Shown in pieces: positions 12,400-25,499 of a DNA stretch of 62,900 bases. The stretch spans positions 72,169,515-72,232,414 of the forward strand of contig NC_068981.1 of assembly GCF_001194135.2 (NCBI RefSeq), given 5' to 3'. The DNA comes from Octopus bimaculoides. Taxonomy: Eukaryota. The notes beneath the pieces are model-generated. The model was not told the DNA's origin, searched no databases, and saw only the letters and a list, made by a program, of their open reading frames with translations. Both the position numbers and the translations under genes were made by a program. The first letter of the stretch is position 1, and each line of letters opens with the position of its first letter.

Positions 12400-13673
12400 A
12401 AATACTCTGAAATATTCTCTAAGACTAATAATGTTAGAGAGGTTGAATTCAAGGGGAGATAATAACTAGAAATATATTATACTCTTAAATCTAGCTGTAA
12501 CTAGATTTTTTTTTATAGTGTTTAAGATTTAGAGATTTATGTTAGATTAAATGTGGCCTGTCTATTCCTTTTAAGGTAATTTTCTTTAATAAGTTCTTGG
12601 TTTCTGATATATCCGTATCTAATACTACTTTAAAATTCTATTACAACAACATTTAACTATCTTCCTCATAATTGTTTAAGAGATTACATACTGGGTAGGG
12701 GGGTATAATTTTATATATTTTTCATTTTATTATATATAAAGTTATTCTGATGTCGGCATTTTAATCTTCTCACTTCAATACTGCTCAGTGATACCTCTCT
12801 CGACTGGAGTATTTTCATAAACTCTGTTGTGCATAATAAGCACATTTTATTACCTCTTCTATATGACTTCGCTCTACAAATGATATTCCAATTAAGGGTA
12901 AATTTTATTAGATTTCAACTCCCATATGCATTTACTTAGACTTGTCAAATTTATTAATTTCGGATTTTTGAAGGACTGATAATGCTGGGAAATTCTTCTT
13001 TTAATTTCGTTCGTTGTGGATCCTATATATTCTTTCTTCTTATTATTATTAGAGATTACTGTACATTTATAAATAACGTTATCTAGGTTGCAATTATTAT
13101 TAAGCCTACATTTGGATTTGTCATTACGTGTGCATTTACTTAAATTAAAAAATTTTTTAATTTTTAAAAATATATTTGTAATTTATATATTTTATTATAT
13201 TTTTATTCATATTCTTATTTTTCTATTTAATATGACTAACAATATGTATTTTAAACTTTGATCCGTTAATATTAGCAATAAAATAAATAGCCTGAGGACG
13301 CACTGGTGGATTTACGTATTAGGTATAGCCTTAATAAACATCCCACTAGAGTAGAAATACGTGTAGCGTTGATTAAAAATATCTTCTTTCCCCACAGACT
13401 AATTAACAGGAAAGTTATATATATTTTTTCAAATATTTTAATTTATTTTATAGTAGGTTTTTTAAATGCTTACATTGTTTTATTATTATTATTATTTTAT
13501 TGGATATAACTTTCTATGTGTATTCCATACAATAAGGGTATCCTGAAATAGGAGTTGCGTTTCTATTGGTAAAATCCCAAATTTGTAATAATATTATAAA
13601 TGATACTGTTTACATTGCATTAGTAAAGTGTAAAATAGTAAATGTTCTGATAACCTGAATACTTCTTATTCCC
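12400..13673 (-). mobile_element. Penelope-like retroelement, 3' portion (truncated by a gap)
   Basis: Contains a recognisable GIY-YIG endonuclease; boundaries uncertain. Confidence 0.65.
12711..13140 (-). pseudogene. GIY-YIG endonuclease of a Penelope-like element (one frameshift)
   Basis: Manual translation: CTRNDKSKCRLNNNCNLDNVIYKCTV...EYIGST...QHYQSF...LSKCIWELK / WNIICRAKSY...CLLC...CRHQNNF*; Cys cluster, VIY/YIG, CxLC and CRH motifs. Confidence 0.85.
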
Positions 13674-14225
13674 NNNNNNNNNNNNNNNNNNNNNNNNNNN
13701 NNNNNNNNNNNNNNNNNNNNNNNNNNNNNNNNNNNNNNNNNNNNNNNNNNNNNNNNNNNNNNNNNNNNNNNNNNNNNNNNNNNNNNNNNNNNNNNNNNNN
13801 NNNNNNNNNNNNNNNNNNNNNNNNNNNNNNNNNNNNNNNNNNNNNNNNNNNNNNNNNNNNNNNNNNNNNNNNNNNNNNNNNNNNNNNNNNNNNNNNNNNN
13901 NNNNNNNNNNNNNNNNNNNNNNNNNNNNNNNNNNNNNNNNNNNNNNNNNNNNNNNNNNNNNNNNNNNNNNNNNNNNNNNNNNNNNNNNNNNNNNNNNNNN
14001 NNNNNNNNNNNNNNNNNNNNNNNNNNNNNNNNNNNNNNNNNNNNNNNNNNNNNNNNNNNNNNNNNNNNNNNNNNNNNNNNNNNNNNNNNNNNNNNNNNNN
14101 NNNNNNNNNNNNNNNNNNNNNNNNNNNNNNNNNNNNNNNNNNNNNNNNNNNNNNNNNNNNNNNNNNNNNNNNNNNNNNNNNNNNNNNNNNNNNNNNNNNN
14201 NNNTGTATGTATGTATGTATGTATA

Positions 14226-15452
14226 TCAGGCTGAGTAAAGAGTAAGGAACGTTTTGATACATGAAATTGATCACAATATATCTCAACAATGCGGAAAAAG
14301 TTTATTCATCAAAGTAAGTACCATTACAATCAACACGTTTTTGCCAGCAAGTTACAAGTTTGTTTATTCCAGTAACATAAAGATCTGGAGTTCTGGAGCT
14401 GATGAACTTTCAGCACTTTCAGCATCGGTTTGATTTTTTAAAACTCCTTCTCTCGCAGGAAACTATCAAGGTGCTTGAAAACGTGGTAGTCGGTAGGAGA
14501 AAGGTCTGGATAATAAGCTGGGTGGGGAAGAAGTTTCATTAGGGAAACTTGTTGTCGAGCATTGTCATGAAGAATAATTGGCTCTCATCTATTGACCACT
14601 CTGAAACGGAGGTATAGCAGTGTTTCGTTCATTTTGGCATTTTCATGGCAATATGTTTCTGCAGCAATGGTTTTTCTGGGTTTTAAAAAGTTATAGTAGA
14701 CGAGTCCAGCAGTACACCATCAAACAGTCACCATAACCTTCTTCTTGAAGAGCTCAGGTTTAGATAAGGTTTTCGGTGCTTCATTTTGGTCCAACTACTG
14801 CGAAGAACGTTTTTTTATTATTATTATATTTAATCTATTTTTCATCGCAAGATACAATACGTCGAGAAATGGATTGGTCTGGTGACGGAGAAGAAGTGAC
14901 GGGCAAATTTCATATCTGCGCATTTTCTGGTTTTCATTTTTCATTCAAATCGTGTGGTATCCATTTGTCGAGCTTTTTGATTTTCCGATCGCATGCAAAT
15001 GGTTGCAGGTAGTTTTCTAGCTAACCTGAAGTTCTTTTGCCAGTTCTCGAGTGGGTTTACGTGGATCTTTCTCAATGATGGTCTTTCAATTGACTGTCAT
15101 CCCTGACAGATGGACGTCCACTATGCTCACGATCTCCAAGACTCAGGTCACCACTGCGAAATCGTTTAGACCATTTCCTCACCAAACATTTCATTTTTAT
15201 CGTGAGCAGTTTCAGCTGCTTTTTTGAAGTTGAATAGCAAAATTGCTCGAATATCGCGCTTTGACAGTTCCATTTCAGATTATTATAACAACGGTGAAAG
15301 AAATATCAATGTTAATTCATTGATGCATTTTGGCAAGTCTATGTCTGTATTATCAGATAATTGCAATAAAATGTTTTAAAAAAATTCAAAACTCTGCAAA
15401 ACTCCGGCCCAAATTCTTCTTGGTTCAAAACGTTGCTTACTTTTTACTCAAC

Positions 15453-15456
<4 letters not shown>
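14226..15456 (-). mobile_element. Full-length, decayed mariner transposon (1231 bp) with TIRs and TA target duplication
   Basis: TIRs TCAGGCTGAGTAAAGAGTAAGGAACGTTTTGA and TCAGGTTGAGTAAAAAGTAAGCAACGTTTTGA, TA on each side; transposase remnants 15273 to 14302 with WIPHDL, IVSCDEK, HPAYYPDLSPTDYH and WQKRVDCNGTYFDE*. Confidence 0.93.
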
Positions 15457-15491
<35 letters not shown>

Positions 15492-15559
15492 TACATTTAC
15501 ATGTGTGAATCGAGCTATTTGGTCCCAATGTTCTTCGTGATACTCAATTTCCAACGACT

Positions 15560-16260
15560 ATAAAACGATTAGTTATTTTCTGATTGCTATACCATGCTTA
15601 TTTTCCATATATTAAAATTCTTCCACTCCTTGAGTTACATCTTTAAATCTTTCATTAAATTCATTCACCTCAAACCCATCCTATTTGATTTCTTTGGTGA
15701 GTGTTCATTCCATGAAATTTCTTCTATCGGCCAACCCAGTTTTCATCATTTTACTCCTATTGCAGTAGTTTCCATGTTTCACTACTGCAGCGATAATCCT
15801 AATCCATATCTGCCAAACACTTTCCACAAATCCTTTAAATTCTTTCTCTTTCATCTATGATTGTAGACATTGTTTATTAAAATAGTAATCAAAGTAGGTA
15901 ACAGAGCATCACCCTGCACCATTCCATTCCATTCCATTCTATTCCGAAATAAATATATTTGGAAGCCGACTCTCTCTAATTACTCAATATTTGCTTTCTC
16001 AATATATCACACCCGTTAGATTGACATAGATTGCAAACCATAGTACAGAGTACTTCCCATGCTGTATGTAACCCTGTAACCTTATGTACACCGACAAAAG
16101 CATTTTAAAAATCTGAAAAAGACTGTCTTATTTTAATGTATCATTACCAAAAGCCGTCCGATTCCGATGTGTTATATACTGTGACAGTAAAAATATCAGG
16201 TCATTTCGCCCTCTCGATTTCAGGAAGCCAGCTTGCTCATTCCTTTGTATATTTTCCAAT
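15560..16260 (-). mobile_element. Degraded RT fragment, RTE-like LINE
   Basis: EQAGFLKSRG, DFxNAFVGV and MVQGDALLPTL remnants in the expected order. Confidence 0.6.
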
Positions 16261-17419
16261 GCAATCTGTATCATTTTCAGGATAACCAAACGGAACACTT
16301 TCAACTCTATGTTGCTTAAGATTATACTTCAATTGTCAAACTTTTTTTGTACCCTAGTCACTAATCAAAATTTTAATGTTCAGGTATCTGTTCATTATTG
16401 TATATATTACGAAACCTGATGCTGAACCAAGAGATTGACGTAAAAGAAGTTGGTGTACGTGTTCTAAATACCGACACGTAGATTGGTTCCTCATTATATG
16501 GAGCGAAGAAATGCAACATTCATGGTCAGAGATATGGGTAAGGAGGTAGTTTCATGGCTGACCATACCTTCTCAAAACAGCATGGAGAGGTCTTGAGAGA
16601 ACTATCGATCCAGAAAAATATCAGTCATGAGTTGGGATGTACTTGCAAATATTCCCGAGTTCCATAAACCTATCTAGGAGCTATACTCAATTGAGGGCTC
16701 AATATTGAAATTGTTGATGTTTCAAGCTTAGTAGCAAAACGCATTCTAGAAATTTCTACCCATAAAAGAGAAGAAAAGAAAGAGAAGTATAGTAAATATC
16801 GGTAGAAACAACAATAGAAGATCTATGAGGAGCAAAACACTGGTGCGCAGAACAAAGCTGCTGCTTTTCTCTCACCACTGCCAGTCTTAGCTCAAGTTAT
16901 AGTAAAAAATAAATGGAGTTGTCTTTTTTTCTTTACCATTATCATAAATATTAGCCTTGGAGTTGATGCTTCAAATCATAAACTTAACTCTTTCTACAGA
17001 AAAAAATCAGGTGGAAGAGGAAGAGGTGGATTTGGGACGGGGTGGAAACCCGATAACGGAAAGAAAAAGTATGTCTAGTTGGGATGACGACAATTATCGC
17101 TGTTCGTCAACAGTTCTTCAACTTCACAGTTGTTTTTAAGAAGAATGTAAAGTTGAAGAGCAAACTATGATAAAAACAATCCAGTGCTATTGGAGAGTGA
17201 AATAAAATGCCAAGTTGAAACATCCTTCAAAGAAAAATACTGAAAACAAGTTTAACAACAACTATGTGAACGCTTCCCGGAAGGTGTGGAAAACAGAAAA
17301 ACTTTGTTGTAGCTCCGAGAAACTTCTCCAACTTCTCAGAAAAAAGAACTGAAAAAGCTCCATATAAGTACCCTCCTATTTCATTGTCTTTTCGTCTGCT
17401 GCAAAAATGTCAAGATGAG

Positions 17420-18880
17420 ACATTTGAATGTTTCTGGTATGGACTTAGATGTGCTCACTATTAGCGAGACTAGAATTTCCGATACGCTCATTTCTCTCAG
17501 CCGATCACGACGTGTGCACCTCTTTCGGTTGGCCGAGTCGTATAAAGGGAGTTGTGTTGAAGGATGAGCATTAGATGTTATAATGATCTTTGAGGACACA
17601 GAAGGCAGATACGTGGTCATAGGTGTGAGAAGCGGCTAAGGTGTAGACTAGAGGAAAGGACGGCCCGGCTTCTTCAGACACATGTTGTTGAGCGATATGT
17701 ACCCAGATATCTTTCTGCACAGATCTCGCCCATTAATATTTATAGGTGACTAGAATGATAATGTATACTATCCAGAGGTTGTGGGACTAATAGTTAGAAG
17801 AGATGGCCACAGAGCTTTTAAATCTCGGACGTTTCTAGCTGATTGATAGATATCAAGTGGATTACTCAATGCAGTGTGTACATGTTTTTTTTATTGATAC
17901 ACTTATAGAGATACGTAAGTTATTCCAAATTTTGGATGACTTGACTACAAAGTAAACATGTTAGTACGATCAGTCTAGATAGGACATGCAGAGACCCGTT
18001 TACTGTAGTTGATCGGATAAGCGAGCTAGATAAGCTTGAATAGACAGTGGCAATTATGAATTACAAATGGCGAGTTTCAAAAGGAAAATTAGAGTAGAAT
18101 CAGTAGAGTAATGATGAAGTAGTTAGACAGATTATTTAATAAATTATTTAGAAGAGGCTTTTCAGAAAGGCGGCACAACCGAAGTAGTAGCTGCCTAAAC
18201 CATTCTTGACCATTTCTTCAAAGTTGAAGGGAAGGCTGTGTTTTCCTACATAAAGCAAGCGCTCTAAAACACATAGGAGCTAAAGCTGTTATTGAACAAA
18301 GCTATTACGACCGACAGTTATCGCGTTTAGGAATGATCCAGTTCTTGATTAAGTCTCCTGTCAAGGTCTCACCTTGTTTAATTCTGTTTAATTCTGCCTG
18401 TTGACAAGCGTGAGAGATGTTGTATGGTGGACGTGTTTGAAATTACAAAACTATGACTCTCCGATCAACTCATCAAGTTCAACCTGAAATAGAGGATGAG
18501 CAGTAGTGAAGCTTTCTACCCTGAATAATTTGATAAAAGATGGATGCATGTGGAGAAGCTGATACTTGAATTTTGCGTGACGATAGAAGTAAAGATGGGG
18601 TATATACCTGTAGCGCATGAAGAAGGCAATTCAACTGTACAGATATCAAGAGTAAGGCGATCTATATAAGACACTAGGTTCTAAATACACGAAAACAGTC
18701 TTTGAGATCTACCTGGTTTAGATAATGAAGGAAAAAATGTACATCTGTTCCGAGGATGAATTTGCTATCATTAAGTCCCAGGATATATCACTGGCAATTA
18801 AAAATAGGAGCTATATATTAAGCGCATTTCATCAGATGAACTTATAATTAAGGTTTTAAAGACACCAGCTTGTTTCTGTG
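17420..18880 (+). mobile_element. Highly degraded L1/Tx1-like ORF2 (APE to start of RT)
   Basis: LDVLTISETRI AP-endonuclease motif, later PGLD-like remnant; many stops. Confidence 0.45.
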
Positions 18881-19899
18881 ACGTTCTGTAAGCTAAAACA
18901 TAAATTGTTTGAAATTCGCTCAAGTTATTTCTGGCGTTCAGTAATTTCGATTTACAATTTGCACTTTTCGCTCTTTACTCATATACTTTATTCTTTTTAC
19001 GTATGCACGCTCCTTACTTTTATATTGTATTGCAGTAAAAAAAATATAAGAAGCTGATAGACTTATAGAAGTATATTTATAGTACGTTAAGAAATTATTC
19101 ATCAGCTTGAAATATATTGTATTTGTCTGAATAGTTATGTGGTGAAGAAAAATACTATAGCTGATTTATCTGAGAGCAACATTTTATAAATTAAACTGGT
19201 TGAATAATAAGAAAATATCACCGGAAAACAAAACAAAACAAAACGAAAAAAATAAATAAATAAACAAAGAAGAAACTAGTAAAGGAATGAGTCCTAAGGC
19301 ATGGGATTGGCCAATTGTTTCCTTATATGTTTATAAGGCCAGTGCAGGGAATATAATTATCATGTATAGAATCAATACGAATCAATGATATCCTGGTCCT
19401 TTTGATTGGCACGATATCCCCCATTAACAAACTTCATTTCCTTCTTAAGCCGTGTCTTCCTTCTATTCTTCCTATAGTTAATTTAAAGTATATGTACTTT
19501 AGAGTTAGTCGGCTCCATATCAAAACTATTGAAAACTACTTGGCATCACGTACTTCTTTTTATTTGTCACTGTTTATTCTATTGTCTTTCCTTAAATCTT
19601 CTCTTCTCAATTCACTTTTTATCAAGTATTAAAACAACTGTAAATTTTCAAACTAGATGTCTGCGTCAGATTCACAGGAGACAAGAAAAAGCTTCCACTA
19701 CACAGAGCTCTCCCTTTAATACAACATATGTAAACAACAATCGTAACAAACCTGTCCCTACAAAAAAGCTGCTCCCAAAAGTCCAAAAATGAAATACCAA
19801 TAAATTCAGTAAAAGAATCCTTGTGAGAAAAAAAGAAAAAAGTCAGTGGGCTGTAGAGTGGGAGTAATGACAGTGTAGTGGACTTACAGTATTTAATTA

Positions 19900-19995
19900 C
19901 GTCCCTTTACATTGTTAGTTCACATCCCACTAAGGTCAACTTTCACTTTCATCACTCACGGGTCGATAAAATAAGTACCTGTCAAGTACTATGGT
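19900..19995 (+). mobile_element. SINE family A, partial
   Basis: GGTCAACTTTCACTTTCATC...GGGTCGATAAAATAAGTACC central block. Confidence 0.7.
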
Positions 19996-20009
19996 TTGTT
20001 TGTTTGTTT

Positions 20010-20056
20010 GTTTATAGTTTCAGCTTAGAGCTGCGGCCATGCTGATGCACCGCCGT
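20010..20056 (-). mobile_element. SINE family B, 3' terminal remnant
   Basis: Reverse complement GGCGGTGCATCAGCATGGCCGCAGC matches family B tails. Confidence 0.65.
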
Positions 20057-20430
20057 TGCTTAAATTGACCATATATCTTTCGGAACAAATTTGTGGCTTT
20101 ATACCAATGTGAAAAAAAAAAAAAAAAAAAAAAATTAATTAAGTATTTACGATAATAACACAGTCAAATTCAAATTATGAAATTTATTGAAAAAAAAAAT
20201 TAGATCTATAATAAATAATTAAAATTCTTTTTACTTTTTCTTCTTTAATTCTTATTTCTCATGATTTTTTTTTTTCATTTTTATCAGAAGTGCTTGTTTT
20301 CTCTAAATTTTTCCTCCTTTCTATAAATGCCTTCTTTCATTTTTAAATTCCTTCAATATCTGGGTGAATTTATTCGGGTTTTATTCCATGAAAATGTTTT
20401 TCAGAGTTTTAATCAAAGCGTGTTCTTTTG

Positions 20431-20431
<1 letters not shown>

Positions 20432-20510
<79 letters not shown>
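20432..20510 (+). repeat. (CTA)n microsatellite
   Basis: Direct read. Confidence 0.97.
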
Positions 20511-20512
<2 letters not shown>

Positions 20513-21485
20513 TAGCTCGATAACATGTCAACAGTAGTTTCTCCGCCTTGTTTTCTATTACGGCTTCCGCCCACGCATTTTCCCATTTTCTATGGAATCG
20601 AAAAATCTCCATCTACAGAATCGTCGGTGGTAGTTCAGCTAACTCTATAAGCAGCCACTACTACTGTCGCTAATAATAATAATGCAGCTGCGTTTCTCGC
20701 CTCATCAACAGAGAGACTATAATAGTAATTGGTAATTACGGTCAGTGGCATCTATCTACTTTCATTATCATTATCGTACTAAACAGACCAATAACACTCC
20801 CACACAGAGATTCAATATCTCCCACTTTATTTCGTTAACAGTAGTAACAGCAGCGGCAAAACATCGATAGTTATAACAGCTACTGCAACTTTCTCGTTAT
20901 ATAGTAAAAGAAAAAAGAACTACTATAAAAGTGCTTTTCATTATTTTCAGTATGTTGCCGGCGACGACGAAGACAGTTAGAACAATGACGATGTTTGCAA
21001 TGGACGTGACGATAACGGAAGAGAAAATGATGATGGTGAGCTGACGATTATGACGACAACTATGATGATGGTGGTGGTGGTGATGATTATGATGATGGTA
21101 ACGCCACTAACTATGACAGAGACGATGTAAAGCAAGATACATTACACTTGTCGCGATGGTTTGGGCTACTACCGATGAAACTCGTTAGATGATTAAGGAA
21201 GAATTTTCCATTTCAAAACCGTATATCAACACAAACGAGAACTTCGCTTGACTGTATATTTATCAAACCAAATCAACTTACAACCAAAATTGTAACTGGA
21301 CATACTTGAGAAAAAACAAAACAAAAACAAAACAAAAAAAAAACAAAAAAAAAAAAACAAGCAAACAAAAGAAGAAAAAGAAAATAGACAGAAAGTGGGA
21401 AAGACAGAACAGGAGACACAAGTGAAAGAAGAAGAAGAACGGCAACCGAAGAAAGGATAAGGAACTAAAAACAAATAATTTTCAG

Positions 21486-21532
21486 ATATTTACTCAAAAC
21501 TGTCCGAAAAACCTCGACCGCCTGAAAAATGG
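21486..21532 (+). CDS. Candidate 47-nt exon (IYSKLSEKPRPPEKW)
   Basis: TTTTCAG acceptor, TGG|GTAATT donor, open frame; phase-1 start fits the end of the 5576-5665 candidate. Confidence 0.35.
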
Positions 21533-22105
21533 GTAATTCACATTAATTTCCTACAAATTTCATTACTAATTTTTATATAAATTGTATGTAAATTATTCCA
21601 TCTTCCACTTTGTCCATAATAATCTTTCCACTGTATGTGTATTTTCTTAGTGTTTAATTGCACGAGACACATGTCACCTGTTTACTTCGACCGTAATAAT
21701 CTTTAAAAACAAAAAATAAAAATAAAACCATCTTACCGGTATGATAGCACATGTAGAGCGCACGTTTATTATTTTCTTTTTTGATTTGTGTGCGCATATT
21801 TTTAAGAGTATATTTCTTTGTGTTCATGCGAATGTAGTTAAATGCGACTATGTATTCTGTCAGTGCATAACAGTATATATATTTTTTTACCAATAATAAT
21901 TTGATTTGTAGATGTACATATATGCTTGCAAACGTGTATTTTATTTGTGTTTATCCAGTGGAATTGTTTAGCAAAATCACATTGTGCACATCAGTTTGCT
22001 TTAAATTTACAGAAATATTTCAAAATTGACAGACAGTGAAAGAAAGAAAGGAACAGCGAAAGACCGAAAGACGATGAAAGACTATGAAGAGATTGAAAAA
22101 GTACA

Positions 22106-22158
<53 letters not shown>

Positions 22159-22642
22159 GCATAGATAGATTTGTATTTTTACGTATGGAATTGTTATTTT
22201 ACATTGTTCTCAAATGACGTATTTAAATATTCGAGAGTTAGTAGTTTAGAGATGGCTAAGACAATAAAGCAGCAGATGAAATATTTAAGAAAATTTACTT
22301 TTGAACCCTTCCAGTTCTGCATTAAATTCATACCAAAATCTAGTGTGGTGTGCGGGGGTGTATAAAAAACAAGTAACTGTAGTGTACTAGTGGCCACTCG
22401 AACGAGCAGTGTCATTGCTTATCGAATGTTTTAGTTTCTAGAAGAAACAAATGTTTTGTTTTGATACAGGTCAAAACAATACAATGGAGCATCCTTTCCA
22501 TTTTTCTGTACTACAACAAGATTACATATATATGTATTTATATGCATACATTCGTAATATTTAATATTTATTCAGGACTCCAGTGTGACGAGTCCGTTTT
22601 GTTGCTATTAAGGCAGCTACGTTCTTGTGCATGTATACATAC

Positions 22643-22687
<45 letters not shown>

Positions 22688-24093
22688 AGTAATAGTTGGT
22701 TTACTCAAAGAATATTTAGATATTCGCTGTTACAGTAATTGATTGATTACATACAATAAGAATCAATTGTTTCGTTCTATTCTAAAATAATTCTAGTCAT
22801 TATTCTTTATTATATAAACATTTTGTTACAACAATTGTTTACATAAATTACTAAAGCTATGAATGGGAACGTAATTGCGATGCAAAAGCTGTAAGTTTCG
22901 TATTAGTTCGCGATATATGTTTATGGTAACTTTACACAAGTTCTTGCCATATGCCCAGCAGCATCCAAGCCGCATAATAGATAATGTATTAGCTTCATTC
23001 AAACGCAACGAAATACTCTATCTATGCAAAAGAGATTTAATCGTATCGTAGTTGCCAGTCGTTCACCGTGTACGCTGCAAACATAGCTAAATTTTCAGTT
23101 GAGTGCTCGAGGACAAGTAGTATTTGAAATCTATTGCTATGCACAAAGATTAGAGAACTAGATAAGGTCCCTTTACTGCGATAACAGGGCTGTAAGCCAT
23201 ATGGTATAAAGAAGGTGTGAGGAAATAGTGTTGAGAAAAGGACATTAAGCAATGTGGGAGTCAAGATAGTTCTTAAAATTCCTTGTTAATCCCATATACT
23301 TCAGAGTTCGATATGTTCAATTTCATACCAATGTAAACGTTCTTGAAAACACTAATATAATCAAAAGTATATTAAGACCTCCAATATGTCCCAAGGCTGT
23401 AAAAAGGTCTGGCCGTCCGACTTGGTCAAGTACCCATGTAAAATCTTCACAAATGCTATAGTCAGGGAAGTCTTTTGCTCTCTACACCACCACATATTCA
23501 GTTGGTGAAGAGAAGACTTCAATACCAACCATATATTGTTTCGAACCGAATCCTCGTTGTCACTCTGAACAATAGATTGAGTTCTTAAATAAAGCACAAC
23601 ACGGAAAAAAAACATTTACCTTCATAGCTTAGCAGAGATATGTCCTTGTAATTAAAGTAGCCTCAAATATGCAGTGTTTTAATTTTCTTCTATAGTGTTG
23701 GCAAGCTTTAAAAACCCTGTTTATGCTGTTGGCGGTGTTTAGCACCAAGACAAACGTGATAGCAAAGGTAGTCCAGCTGTGACCATTTTGTTTGTTTAAG
23801 TGATTTACCAATTTACTATTCGCAGCATAATGAAAATGATGCAAAACGGCGTCGTTAGTTACAGGTTTCATCAGGCCAATCACTTGTTCGCTGCATTTCT
23901 GACAGGATGAAGAATGATAGAGTACCTACAACTCGGTGCAGAACAAATATCGCAAAGGGTCTTATTCGATGAGCACTTGCTTTTTAGTGTCTTTGCTGAA
24001 GTTTACATACTTTGTCGATATATACCAGCAAAACTTACACGCACACGTGTATGCATGTAAGTGTATATATAGATGCATGCATACATTCATTAC

Positions 24094-24147
<54 letters not shown>

Positions 24148-24148
24148 A

Positions 24149-24357
24149 GGTGTAACTTTGTGGTAAGAATCTTGCTTCTCAACCACGTGGTTCCAGGTTC
24201 AGTCCCACTACGTGGCCCCTTGGGTAAGTGTTCTTGTGAGGGGGATTTGGAAGACAGAAATTGAAAGACGCCCGTCGTATATATGTATATAGCTATGTAT
24301 GGATGTCTTTGTGTCTGTGTTTGTCTCACGGCACCACCACCACCACCACCACCACCA
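24149..24357 (+). mobile_element. tRNA-derived SINE family B (CORE-like central block), 5' part, cut by a gap
   Basis: A-box-like TGTGGTAAG, B-box-like GGTTCAGTCCC, then CCTTGGG(C/T)AAGTG; follows a (TCTA)n array. Confidence 0.85.
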
Positions 24358-24861
24358 NNNNNNNNNNNNNNNNNNNNNNNNNNNNNNNNNNNNNNNNNNN
24401 NNNNNNNNNNNNNNNNNNNNNNNNNNNNNNNNNNNNNNNNNNNNNNNNNNNNNNNNNNNNNNNNNNNNNNNNNNNNNNNNNNNNNNNNNNNNNNNNNNNN
24501 NNNNNNNNNNNNNNNNNNNNNNNNNNNNNNNNNNNNNNNNNNNNNNNNNNNNNNNNNNNNNNNNNNNNNNNNNNNNNNNNNNNNNNNNNNNNNNNNNNNN
24601 NNNNNNNNNNNNNNNNNNNNNNNNNNNNNNNNNNNNNNNNNNNNNNNNNNNNNNNNNNNNNNNNNNNNNNNNNNNNNNNNNNNNNNNNNNNNNNNNNNNN
24701 NNNNNNNNNNNNNNNNNNNNNNNNNNNNNNNNNNNNNNNNNNNNNNNNNNNNNNNNNNNNNNNNNNNNNNNNNNNNNNNNNNNNNNNNNNNNNNNNNNNN
24801 NNNNNNNNNNNNNNNNNNNNNNNNNNNNNNNNNNNNNNNNNNNNNNNNNNNNNNNNNNNNN

Positions 24862-24927
<66 letters not shown>

Positions 24928-24937
24928 GTGTGTGTGT

Positions 24938-25178
24938 GGTGTGGCTGTGTGGTAAGAAGCTTGCTTCCCAACCACATCACTCCTGGTTCCGTCTCACTGC
25001 GTGGCATCTTGGGCAAGTATCCTGTGAATGGATTTGGTAGATATATATGAGACCATTAGAATAAATACTAGGCTTAAAAAATAAGACCTGGGGTCGATTT
25101 GTGCGACTAAAATCCTTCAAGGCGATGCTCCAGCATGGCCGCAGTCTAATTACTGAAACAAGTAAAAGAATAAAAGAT
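24938..25178 (+). mobile_element. SINE family B, internally deleted copy
   Basis: Head GTGGCTGTGTGGTAAGAAGCTTGCTTCCCAACCAC joined to tail CCAGCATGGCCGCAGTC...GAAACAAGTAAAAGAATAAAAG. Confidence 0.88.
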
Positions 25179-25199
25179 CATATATATATATATATATAT

Positions 25200-25270
25200 A
25201 TATGAATAATAATAATAAATGGAGCAAAACGCATATAAACATTTGCTCCATTTATTATTATTATTCATAT
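25200..25270. repeat. Perfect 29-bp inverted repeat with a 13-nt loop
   Basis: ATATGAATAATAATAATAAATGGAGCAAA (25200-25228) is the exact reverse complement of 25242-25270. Confidence 0.97.
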
Positions 25271-25432
25271 CTACTCAAAATGCATCGCTTTAACTTGGTA
25301 TATCTACCTATAAAACGGGTGTGATATCCTGTTTTTTTTTGTGTGATTTTTGCTACCCATGGTAACTATTAACATATTTACATTGTGAAGGTTTTTTTAA
25401 AACCGAGATAATATTAATATATACATAAATTA

Positions 25433-25491
<59 letters not shown>

Positions 25492-25499
25492 ATATGCCC

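Noticed and set aside
12373-13673. Possible nuclear mitochondrial insertion (very AT-rich)
   Set aside because: No mitochondrial gene recognisable; the minus strand encodes a GIY-YIG nuclease
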